This document shows, one piece after another, positions 1 to 8,759 of a stretch of 32,000 nucleotides of DNA; within the stretch, counting starts at the first letter, position 1, and each line of letters opens with the position of its first letter. Source of the DNA: Pyrobaculum aerophilum str. IM2 (GTDB lineage Archaea > Thermoproteota > Thermoprotei > Thermoproteales > Thermoproteaceae); the NCBI RefSeq assembly GCF_000007225.1, contig NC_003364.1:270001-302000 (forward strand), given 5' to 3'. Made by a program: the position numbers and the translations under genes. Under the pieces are notes generated by a model, which ran no database searches, was not told the DNA's origin, and worked only from the letters and a program-made list of their open reading frames with translations.

Positions 1-132
1 AGAGAATGATACAAGGCGCATTGGTGCGTTGTTAACTATGGCAACCTCTTTAGCAATGGGGCAGATGTCTGGTATCATCGCCCGCGAGGGGGACATAACG
101 CCTACTTGCCTCCAATGCCACAGGTTTAAACA

Positions 133-700
133 GTGACTTTAATGCCTGCGTATAACGAAGAGGGGCAGGTGGTGGAGGGGGTGGGGAATACGTTGACTTG
201 ATTGTAGACGGCGGTTCTCAAGATATGAGGGCGCTGAGGAAAGCGGGTCGTTAGCCATAAGACGCGGGCAGAACATGGGCCGTGAGAACTCTCGTGAGAA
301 CAACCTTGGCCTCAAGCGCTCAGTATGCAGTATTGCTAGACGCAGATGGACAACAAAGTAGTGACGATATTCCAGTTTATAAACGCGTAGCGCTGATATG
401 GCTGTGGGCAACAACTCTACGCCGTTTTATCGGAAGGTGGGGATTTACATAATAGTACTATATTCGGCGCGGATACGGGGTTCCCGAAAACAGATACCGG
501 GCGTTCACCCGCGATGTGCTTGCAGAAATAGAGCAGGCCCTAAAACGCGACTGGGGGATTCTCCCACTAACTAAAAATAGTAGATGCGGCAGCGTCCTAC
601 GGCTTGGGCGCGTCAAGTGAAAAACCCTATCCCGCGGCCGTATTTAATGTGGCCGTGGCCGACTGAATACCCCGCACGCACAACAACTCCGAGTGCCTCC
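133..700 (+). pseudogene. Decayed family-2 glycosyltransferase (dolichyl-phosphate sugar transferase-like) remnant
   Basis: Hand translation over three frames recovers ordered GT2 blocks: VTLMPAYNEEGQVVEGV (from GTG 133), VDGGSQD, AQYAVLLDADGQ (DxD region), YRAFTRDVLAEIEQ, then VDAAASYGLG and VKNPIPRP. The blocks are separated by stops and frame changes, and no intact ORF exists. End coordinate is approximate. Confidence 0.6.
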
Positions 701-783
701 TACCGGCCATCTCCACAGCGGTATTGTTGGCTCCAACGGCTTGTCTTGTGGCTAGTAGTGGACGATTTTTTGGCGCTCGGAAT

Positions 784-794
784 ACTTATATACC
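784..794 (+). promoter_or_regulatory. TATA box for the AbrB-type antitoxin gene
   Basis: acttatatacc is centred about 25 nt upstream of ATG 814, with no room for a leader or SD. Confidence 0.45.
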
Positions 795-813
795 TCTGAA
801 CATGGTGGTGTAG

Positions 814-1062
814 ATGGAGAAGTTGAGGGTGAGGGTCGGCAAGAGGAGGACTTTGGTTATCCCTAAGCTCGTGGCCGAGAGGCTTGGCATTGACGAGGGC
901 TCTGTCATCGAGCTGGAGGTATACGGCGATTACCTCGTCCTCAGGCCTCTGCCTACGGCTATTGACGTCGCTTTACGCGGCAAGAAATATGTAAAAGTTT
1001 CCCTGGAGGATATTGAGAGGGTTAGCGTTGAAGAGCAGGGGAGGCTTGCGACAGGGTGTTGA
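814..1062 (+). CDS. vapB: AbrB/SpoVT-fold antitoxin (VapB-like)
   Basis: 82 aa. The N-terminus VRVGKRRTLVIPKLVAERLGIDEGSVIELEVYGDYLVLRP matches the swapped-hairpin AbrB/MazE pattern. Its stop overlaps the GTG of a PIN-type reading frame. Confidence 0.8.
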   Translation: MEKLRVRVGKRRTLVIPKLVAERLGIDEGSVIELEVYGDYLVLRPLPTAIDVALRGKKYVKVSLEDIERVSVEEQGRLATGC

Positions 1063-1451
1063 AGATCGACACTTCCTTTTTACTCCCAACACTGGGTGTT
1101 GACGTTGAGGGGGAAGTACACGACGTCTGAAGCAATTAAGGGACAGTAAGCTTTACTATCTTGAAGAGGGGCTTCTCGAAGCTCTGTGGGTTGTTATAAG
1201 ACATTGACAAAATCCCCATGAGTGTTATTGAGGAGGGGTTGATTAGAAGATACTACGAGTTGCTAAAGCCGAGCGGAAAGGCTGTTATTGAAGCGGTGAA
1301 GATTTATCGCCTCGGCCATAGAGACTACATAGATTCTCTTCACTGCACAACGGCCCTCTACCACGGAGTTAAATGGCTTACGCTGGATAGGAAATTAATG
1401 GAGTTCTTGAAAAAACACAACTGTCAAAGGCGTAATTATAACGCCAGATGA
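1056..1451 (+). pseudogene. vapC: PIN-domain toxin (VapC-like), disrupted
   Basis: GTG 1056 gives VLKIDTSFLLPTLGVDVEGE (first PIN Asp), then stop at 1128. The sequence continues in another frame (KQLRDSKLYYLEEGLLEALWVV, 1130-1204). It then returns to the first frame (ORF 1218-1451: YIDSLHCTTAL and LTLDRKL carry the later acidic residues). Two frame changes and several in-frame stops. Confidence 0.7.
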
Positions 1452-3215
1452 TCTTCTTACATAACCATAGCTGTTCTTGACGCTATAATTTAAAGCTTGT
1501 TCGGGAATTCGCGTATGGGAGGGGCTTAGACATTCCGAGGGGAGTGTTTAATAGCGCATAGCGAGGTATTGTGGAGGGGTAGTGAGGTGGCTGGGGATTT
1601 GCATCTAGAGTTGATATTGTTGAGTGGGTTTACGTCCTTGGGAGTATTAGAAATGTTGATAAGTGAATTAAAAAGCGGACTGGATTTAAGCAACTCCTCC
1701 CTAGCGGTTGTAGAGCTTGGTAAGTTAGAGAGGAGTTTGTCAGAGGCGTTAAGATCATTCCACATAGGCACATACAATCTAGCGCGTTAAGAATTGGAGT
1801 TGGCTGAGAGAACGAGAGAGCCTTTCAGCTCCAGCTTCCTGTAGCGACTGTAATGGGAGCGCTAGCAGACAGCGGGAGTAGGACGTACTTCCATGTGAGT
1901 GTCCTAGGGGAGCTCCGAGGAGGGGTATGAGAAGTACGGCAGTCGGTTGACGCTGTAGGCTTCTCCAGAACATCATTAACCGGTTATAAAAGGCTTTGAA
2001 CCCACACGGCCTCCCAGCTTTGGTGAGGGCTGTCTATATGGCTGAGTCTCGTCTGGTTTAATAGCGACTGCCCTTGTCCGCCTGTATTCCTAGGGTTTTC
2101 AGTCATTAGCTGTACGGCGTCGTTGTAGTGCGCCTGGAATATGCCGTGCGCGAGTTTCCGCTTCTCAGAATATTGGTTGCAACGCCGATTCTATATCGCA
2201 TACGGTACAGAGGGGGCGTCTTTTAGAAACGATGAATGACGCTGGCGGGCGGCTTAAATTTCATTAAACCGCTTCTTCAACTCGCCGCGCGTTGCATTGG
2301 GGTGGGATTAAAGGCCTTTGCCTATTCGAAATAATTCGCATATTCGCATTTTCATCGCCAGCGGCGCGAGTTTCGTCGGCCGTTGCTTGACCTTGCTGGA
2401 GTTGGGCGCCAATTACTTAGCTAGAGAGATCTGCTGAGCTCGCCATCAATATGCTTGGGAAACATCGCTTTTGCTGACAGCGACTGTAGCGACCGCCTTG
2501 GCATCGCCGAGGTCGCCATAAGCGTGGCGGGAGTAGCGCAAAGCTGCTTGGGCCTTGCGGCGTTGACCTCACGGCTGTTTCGATGTTGTAAGCGGCGCAT
2601 CTCTTGTCTGGAAAACTTGTGGGCGGAGGAATATGCAGTCCAGAGCGGCGCCACTAAGCGCATCCGCCACAAGTCTCTGGAGGAATTGCCCCAAGGGGGT
2701 TGTCGGCAAGCCCCGGCGTGATTACATATATTAGATGAGAGTTTCGACGTATAATTACTATGAACTAAATTATTGTGTATAGCGCTTTTAACCGTTAAGG
2801 CGGAATTGAAACTCACAAAAACTCGCCGAGCACATTGCGGCCAAGACGTTGGCAACCAAACGGAGTAATGATTAGCGCTGGGTTGGGAAACGTGGGCTGT
2901 TGCAGAACTGGAGGATATCGGCTAAGCCGCTTAAAGTCACTCTTTCATAAGCTAATAGCGTTGCTTTTTGCCTCAGTCTGCTATACCCGTAAGAAAGCGG
3001 GTTATAAGACAGCTGACAGCTAGTGCTATGTCTTTATAGAGCTCACAGTTAGTTCTGTAAGCATATAAATATACCTTGAGAGTTTTAACGTGAATACCTC
3101 TAGCAGATCTCAAACATTAAAGAGGGGAAAAAAGTCGTTCTTAGCGAGAGAGTTCTTAGACTTATTATAGAGGGGAAGGTCAAAGTAATACAGGGCAAGA
3201 GGCTGAAGTTCGGGA

Positions 3216-3227
3216 AGTATAAAATAA
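3216..3227 (+). promoter_or_regulatory. TATA box upstream of the retropepsin-like gene
   Basis: agtataaaataa lies about 30 nt upstream of ATG 3252. Confidence 0.4.
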
Positions 3228-3251
3228 GGCGGCGATCTAGAGGCGGGGACA

Positions 3252-3663
3252 ATGGCAGTAAGAGTTAGAGTAAGGGTTTTAAACGAGCGTACTGGTAAGG
3301 CGGAGGAGCTCGTGGTGTTGGTCAATGGCGGTGCCGAGAGCGAAGAACCGGTGCTGGCGGTTGATCCAGAGACTGGGGTTTTCTAATAACGATTTTGAAT
3401 TAATTGAGGTAGAGCTGGCCTCCGGCGCGACACACAGCCTCATATCAAAAGAGAGGGTAAGGGTGGAGCTCTTGGATGAAGGGGACCGGCCGCTGTCTTG
3501 GACATATGCATATTTGGCAGTAGATGAAAATTTAACTGAACCGCTTATCACCGACGCTACAATAGATGAACTTGGGATACAAGTCGTTAGCTTTAGAAGG
3601 GGGTTGTGGAGGCACATCAACGACCCTCCCGGCGTAGTTAGAAAATCCGCGTTAAGAGGTTAA
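3252..3663 (+). pseudogene. Retropepsin-like (clan AA aspartic protease family) gene, frameshifted and with degenerate active site
   Basis: ATG 3252 opens MAVRVRVRVLNERTGKAEELVVLVNGGAES...DPETGVF, with a stop at 3384-3386. ORF 3325-3663 continues in another frame with ELASGATHSLIS and ITDATIDELGIQV. These align to VDTGATFTVL and VIGVDTLETLGLRV of the intact paralog at 14293-14643. The frames meet at the G4T4 run 3375-3382. The catalytic Asp position reads Ala (LASGAT). Confidence 0.55.
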
Positions 3664-3946
3664 CCTACGACACATCACAATATTTTTCGCTATGTGGTAA
3701 GGCTACTGCGAGTGCTTTCACGTCTTCTTGGGTAAGGCCTTCCTCAGCGTCTGTTGTGTGTAGCTTTAGGCCCATTCTCCCTATTGTCTTCTATTCACGG
3801 CGTCAGGCGTTTGTGCCAGCTAGCTTAAAGAATTCGCCTAGAACCCGACCGATATTTGTCGCTGGTTTAAAGCCGGCGGCATGTGTAAAGGATTGTATCT
3901 CTTTTGCCAGGAAGAGGGAACTGTGCTGAGACGCTTATGGCGGAAA

Positions 3947-3956
3947 GTATAAATAT
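3947..3956 (+). promoter_or_regulatory. TATA box for coiled-coil repeat gene
   Basis: gtataaatat is centred 24 nt upstream of GTG 3975. Confidence 0.5.
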
Positions 3957-3974
3957 CGCCTTGGCCTTTTCTTT

Positions 3975-4706
3975 GTGTCCGCTGATCTTGGTGCTTTGGC
4001 GCAGGAGGCGCTTAGAGTCGCCGTTGAGTCTGTTCTGGGCAAGTTAAAAGAGGGCAAGAGGCTATCCACAGAGGACATCTTCCTCCTCTACCTCGCGACA
4101 ATCAGCAGAGAGCTAGACGAGATAAGAAAGGAAATAGCCGAGACAAACCAAAGAATAAACGAGACAAACAAGAGAATCGACGAGATAGGTAAAAGAATAG
4201 ACGAGGTCAACAGGAGGATCGACGAAACAAATCAAAGAATTGACTCCGTGGTACAAGAGCTAAATAGGCGAATAGATGAGACTAACAAGAGAATTGATGC
4301 AATAACACAAGAGCTGAGTAGGCGGATTGATGAGAATAACAAGAGGATTGACACCGTGGTACAAGAGCTAAATAGGCGAATAGACGAAACAAATCAAAGA
4401 ATCGACGAGACAAATAAGAGAATTGATGCAATTATTCAAGAGCTTGGGAGGAAGATTGACGAGACGAATCAAAGAATTGACGCAGTTGCACAGGAACTAG
4501 GGAAAAGAATCGATGAAACTAATAAGAGGATTGACGCAATAGCCCAGGAGTTAGGCAGGCGGATAGACGAGACTAACAATAAAATAGACAAAGTTACTCA
4601 AGAACTTGGGAGGAGAATTGACGAGACTAATAAGCGTATAGATGGGGTGTACGCGTTGCTTCTAGACATCCAGAAGTTGTTAATGGAAATTGCGAAAAGG
4701 GGCTGA
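3975..4706 (+). CDS. Coiled-coil protein built from RIDETNK heptads and 18-aa RIDETNKRIDAIAQELGR units
   Basis: 243-aa ORF with about eight near-identical 18-aa units plus extra heptads. It ends in a hydrophobic helical tail (GVYALLLDIQKLLMEIAKRG). A TATA box sits at the leaderless distance. A paralog lies at 11977-12447. Confidence 0.85.
   Translation: MSADLGALAQEALRVAVESVLGKLKEGKRLSTEDIFLLYLATISRELDEIRKEIAETNQRINETNKRIDEIGKRIDEVNRRIDETNQRIDSVVQELNRRIDETNKRIDAITQELSRRIDENNKRIDTVVQELNRRIDETNQRIDETNKRIDAIIQELGRKIDETNQRIDAVAQELGKRIDETNKRIDAIAQELGRRIDETNNKIDKVTQELGRRIDETNKRIDGVYALLLDIQKLLMEIAKRG
4107..4643 (+). repeat. Intragenic tandem repeat, 21-nt and 54-nt periodicity
   Basis: Protein units repeat every 7 or 18 residues. 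At DNA level a 31-nt exact repeat, ccgtggtacaagagctaaataggcgaataga, occurs at 4246-4276 and 4354-4384 (spacing 108 nt = 2 x 54). Confidence 0.85.
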
Positions 4707-5592
4707 TCGGCATCGAGGCGAGGGGCCCGCGAGGGTAGGGTGGACAACGAGTTGTCGCGCTGGGTGACAATGTGGCGTATAAAGCATGAGAGTAACGGCG
4801 GGATTCGTCTGGGGGCTTAGTAGCACGGTTTTTATTTCGGCTTTTGTCTTAGGCCGACGTCTGCGTCTTAGTTCCGACCGATTGTCCCCGCCTAGAGGCG
4901 CCAAGCTTGGGGCCTCGGCGATCAGATACTGGCGTCGTGAGTGCCCGGATCAATTGGCTCGTCGCCTATCCTTACGGCCAGCGGTCGGCCTCAATCGTCC
5001 TTCCCGCCGGCGTGAGTTCGCCCAGCGAAAGCCAGTCGTTCCGCCTCGCCTTCCGCCCGCGGGCTGCCTCGCGAGATCTGCCCCAGACCCCTCCCTATTT
5101 CTAAACTACGCTGGTGCTATGTCTGGATCAGGCCATTATACCGATAGCCGATATTGGCGAGCATTTGGGACCATCTCACCGGTAGGCACCCTGGGCACGG
5201 CCTTTCCTCGGCGTTCCCCCGCCTTCACCGCTTTATTCGGCTTGTCTGGCTTAAATCTCGACAAGTGGTTTGCGATGCTTTCCATGCCTGTGGGCTGGCG
5301 GCGTCATATTTCGGTTAAGAGCTGATTTAACCCCCGGGCGTACATCAATAAACCTCGCTTTGATCTCTGCCGCGCCCTAGTAGCGCTGAAAAATGCGGCT
5401 ATCTCTGGCGCTAGCGTCTTTATACATTCATCGTGGCCGCGCCCGAGGGTTCTTCCTGTATGGCATAAAGTCCCGTGTTGAATATCCCTGCAGAACGTCT
5501 TAGAGGCACTTGAAGCAAATCGATAGTTTTAGTTGTTTTTATTAAAAAGATGATATACGGCCGACGTGGTTTACTTGTGGATCGTGTGACGC

Positions 5593-5802
5593 GTGGCAAA
5601 GAGACTACGCGGCGAGGGTATGCTTTCGCTTTATAATCTAGCTGAGGCTTTGTTCATCGTAGAGAAAGAGTATGAGAAGAAGTTCGGGCAGAAGCTAATT
5701 AGGGACGAGTTAGTGTGGCGGCGCTGCGGCCCCTATCCGTGGCGTTTAGAGGTGGTGTTAGATGAGCTGAGTAGAAACGTCTACATCAATACCAAGTTAT
5801 GA
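5593..5802 (+). CDS. Panacea/DUF4065 (SocA-like antitoxin) domain fragment, probably truncated
   Basis: The 69-aa ORF contains LSLYNLAEALFIVEKEYEKKFGQKLIRDELVWRRCGPYPW. This resembles the KLxKLLY...G.pl....f.aw.yGPv core of DUF4065 as I recall it. Downstream frames (to about 6090) carry plausible but interrupted continuation (AEQVEEVLEAVWDKIRLFS). Confidence 0.3.
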   Translation: MAKRLRGEGMLSLYNLAEALFIVEKEYEKKFGQKLIRDELVWRRCGPYPWRLEVVLDELSRNVYINTKL

Positions 5803-6320
5803 TTAGAGTACCCGAGGTAAGGGGATGCCCGCAGGGCTATGTCGACTTTGTAGATACTTAGTGAAGCTGTCTGAAGCCGACGCCTGAGCCGGCTACGTAC
5901 GCGCCTTTATTGAGCCAGTCGCCGAGCCTCCGAGGCCTGACGCGGCTGAGCAAGTTGAGGAGGTGCTGGAGGCAGTCTGGGATAAAATAAGACTCTTTAG
6001 CATGAGACAAGAGGAAATCAGACAAGGAGATAATCAGGGAATATGCCGCAATTAGGCGGGGTTATAGGATAGTATCTTTGGCGTTAAAGCGGTGACTTAT
6101 TGGCAACTCATTGAAACCGTGGCGCGCCGCTGGGATGATGTATTGTTCAATTCCGAAAACCGCCTTTGTTAATATACCCAGTGGGAGGGGTTCCCTAGGC
6201 ACGCAGGGCGGCCTCACCGCCTTGCGCTTATCTGTCCCCTACCGCGGGCCTAAGGAGGGGTCGCCCGGCACTGGGCCACTGAAGGCTACGCCGGTTCACG
6301 CCTCGCTAATAGGCGCCTTC

Positions 6321-6530
6321 TAGACCCTTCTCGCGGCCACTCTGTGTAGCGGCGTCTGTCGCTATCCAGCTTTGGCCCCACCCCCGTTGCCTTCTGGCAA
6401 GGGCGAGGACTACATATGAGGTGCTCTGAGCGTTTAGTTGATTATCCCTCAAGTGCCAGGCGTCACTCTTTCCAGCGCCGGGCCTGCGCGCAGAGCGCTC
6501 TCCTGGTAATTAAGAACATAGTCTGAAAAG
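6321..6530 (-). pseudogene. 3-prime remnant of an Arch_ATPase paralog
   Basis: The minus-strand translation RQTPLHRVAARRV-stop matches WQTPLHREAVRIALEGA-stop of the intact gene at 9434. DNA ctctgtgtagcggcgtctgtcgct compares with ctctgtgaagcggcgtctgccagg at 9463-9486. Further upstream, DYVLNYQESALRAGPALER resembles NLIVYNMFVRDSRFWAGEPPPER. Broken by stops. Confidence 0.35.
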
Positions 6531-6684
6531 CTTTGCAACTAGAAGCTTTCAGCGATTAAATTCCTTGAACAATGTCTAATGAAGTTTTAAATAAAAATAT
6601 ACATTAATTAATACTGAAATTGACATTTTAATCTTTATCTATTTCTATTGCCTATTTATAACTCTCCAGGACTTTTCACGCCTT

Positions 6685-7545
6685 TTAAGTCTCTAAGATT
6701 TCCAGTAGCCATTCTAAGGGTTTTGCAAGCCCTATCATGAAGTCCTCTACGTCGCTTTTCATGCCGCTGAAGACGTAATAGGCTGTGCCTAGATCTAGCC
6801 TGTGACCCAGTGAGGCCAGCGCCTCCTCATATGCTTCGATTAGGTTTTTAAGCTCCCTCATGGTCCCCACGTCCATGGCCAGGGCCTCTAGTGCCACTAC
6901 GTATTTTAGACGGCCCGACGCGTCTAGTAGCTTTAGATATGAGGAAACGGCGTCTGCCCCTTTGGCTATGCGATACGCGAGGGCGTAGCCTAAAAGCGTG
7001 GGCCTCCCCTCGGGGTTTAATAAGTGTAAGTTGTATAAATAGGCCTTTCTAAACCTTTTCTCCCTTCGATACGCGTCTGGGTCGACGTTGCGGGGGATCT
7101 TGTCGGCGTCAAAAGCCGAAATGCTCTTCTTTAAATGGAATCTATCCGACTTGGCTAGGGCCTCCAGCAGGACTACTTTCTCGGGGAGGGTTAAGACTGG
7201 AGGCAGCAAGGCCACGTCCTCCGGCCTTCTCGCGTTTGCGGCTTTCAACGCCGCTTCTACTGCTATTATTAGTCTGTTAATATCGAGAGATAGGCGGCTT
7301 GCCAGCTCCTCCACGGCGCTGAGATCCGGCTCGCCGCCTTTCTTAGTGGCGTAACCAAGGTAGCCGAGCCTGTGGAGTATCCAGCTTTGGTGGGGGCCCA
7401 GCCTCTTGACTCTGTCCATGTGTCTCCTATAAATCGCCCCCTTGTCCAGTTTTCTCGCCTCCGCGTAGGATAGGATGAAGAGAATGCGCGGGGATTGGTA
7501 TATCCAGGTCCCCCTGCGGCCTTGGAAGAGAGACGGCAGGCTCAT
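6685..7545 (-). CDS. Hypothetical protein, N-terminal winged-helix-like segment plus all-helical body (operon gene 3)
   Basis: 286-aa ORF whose ATG overlaps the upstream stop (ATGA, 7542-7545). RILFILSYAEARKLDKGAIYRRH...SWILHRLGYLGYATKKGG reads like a wHTH. No enzymatic motif was recognised. Confidence 0.8.
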   Translation of the reverse strand: MSLPSLFQGRRGTWIYQSPRILFILSYAEARKLDKGAIYRRHMDRVKRLGPHQSWILHRLGYLGYATKKGGEPDLSAVEELASRLSLDINRLIIAVEAALKAANARRPEDVALLPPVLTLPEKVVLLEALAKSDRFHLKKSISAFDADKIPRNVDPDAYRREKRFRKAYLYNLHLLNPEGRPTLLGYALAYRIAKGADAVSSYLKLLDASGRLKYVVALEALAMDVGTMRELKNLIEAYEEALASLGHRLDLGTAYYVFSGMKSDVEDFMIGLAKPLEWLLEILET

Positions 7546-8759
7546 GCCAAGGAAAGCTCTAGGGCGAGTTCGTAAAAGTCGCCGTAGGCGGCCAGGGCCC
7601 TCTCTTGGAAATCTTTTTCGAATAGCGTGTCCCGCAAGTGCGCTATTGCTACGGCGGTTAGAATATACCCGCCTGGAACTTTCCTCATTAGCGCCTTCCT
7701 CCTCTTTGACAGCTTCGAGATCAGCTCCTCGACTTTAATCTCCGCGTCTAAGAGCCCCAAAACTCTTAAGACGCCCTTTGCCTGGTTTATATCTGTCTCG
7801 GTGAGAGTGTTGTAAATATTTTGCTTCAGCCAAGAGGCGAAATATGCTATGAATAAGTATTTCTTAGTTTTGTCTGACGCCCTGTAGAAATAGGCGATTT
7901 TCTGCAAGAGAGAGGCCCTGTCCTTGACTATTTTCTCAGGGGCCTCGCCTCCTTTTAACAACTTAGCTATACGCATTACAACCCTCGGGTTCCTAAACTC
8001 CACATAGCTCAACGGCTCGCCTACATCTCCCCCTAGTTTATTCCTAAGGAATTTTTTCATATCCTCTGGCGTTACGTCTTGGTGTAAGTAATAAATAGGC
8101 GCAATTCTGCTCTTGATTTGTAAATCGAAGTGGATCCACAACGAGGTAGGTATGGCAAGGCCGGCGGCGCCGCCCCAGCGATCTACTAAGTTGAAAAACT
8201 CCTCTACTAAATGTATCACGTCTTTATAGCCGTAGATATGTGGCTGTTCTACTAGTCTTTCAAATTCGTCAACTACTATGAAGAAGCCTCTCTCCCTAAG
8301 TTGCCTAACGGCTGAGTATACTCTGTCTAGCCTCTCCCCCTCGATTTCTAACTGTATATCTCCTAAAGCCTTAGGCTTTGTTATACTCAGCCCCTTGTCT
8401 CTCACCCAATCAAGCTTGTTGAACCATTTCCGATACCCTTCACATTCAGACGCCTTGGTGAGCTCGGCCAAATTCGAAACCTCTGAAAGTCTCACCCGCC
8501 TCCCCGCCAAGAGGATTTGATTTACCTTTAGCACTACTCCAGGTCTGCCGCTGAAAATTTCTAATAGGGCCGACAGCGCGGCCGTCAGACTCTTACCTTG
8601 ACCGTAATGTCCCGCCACGGCGCCGCCCACTTTTAATACGCCATATGCCCTCTCCAACATTCTCCCCAGGGCTGGGTTGGCGGGCTCTCCCAGCCTCTCT
8701 ATTTCTTCGCATATCTCCTCAAGAGCTGGCGTGACTGACAAGGGAATTATATTACGCAC
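7542..8759 (-). CDS. Divergent P-loop NTPase (ORC/Arch_ATPase-like) (operon gene 2)
   Basis: 405-aa ORF. It has a Walker A-like GHYGQGKS, a Walker B FIVVDEFE, and a helical C-terminal half. Its GTG start overlaps the upstream gene by 13 nt. Confidence 0.85.
   Translation of the reverse strand: MRNIIPLSVTPALEEICEEIERLGEPANPALGRMLERAYGVLKVGGAVAGHYGQGKSLTAALSALLEIFSGRPGVVLKVNQILLAGRRVRLSEVSNLAELTKASECEGYRKWFNKLDWVRDKGLSITKPKALGDIQLEIEGERLDRVYSAVRQLRERGFFIVVDEFERLVEQPHIYGYKDVIHLVEEFFNLVDRWGGAAGLAIPTSLWIHFDLQIKSRIAPIYYLHQDVTPEDMKKFLRNKLGGDVGEPLSYVEFRNPRVVMRIAKLLKGGEAPEKIVKDRASLLQKIAYFYRASDKTKKYLFIAYFASWLKQNIYNTLTETDINQAKGVLRVLGLLDAEIKVEELISKLSKRRKALMRKVPGGYILTAVAIAHLRDTLFEKDFQERALAAYGDFYELALELSLA

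Noticed and set aside
1526-1790. 73-aa plus ORF and 83-aa minus ORF covering the same DNA
   Set aside because: The plus-strand product looks helical and has a weak TATA-like box (about 1543-1555), but it would need a TTG start and matches nothing. The evidence is insufficient to call either strand.
2421-2855. 144-aa minus ORF overlapping an 88-aa plus ORF
   Set aside because: The two ORFs are mutually antisense, neither has a recognisable domain or a well-placed TATA box, and the composition is unconvincing. They are treated as part of a decayed region.
4786-5325. 179-aa ORF (and the overlapping 65-aa and 74-aa ORFs)
   Set aside because: The composition is Arg/Pro/Ser-rich and low in complexity, with no recognisable motif. 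There is no TATA box at the leaderless distance and no G/C-ending codon bias. It is most likely a chance ORF in GC-rich non-coding or decayed DNA.
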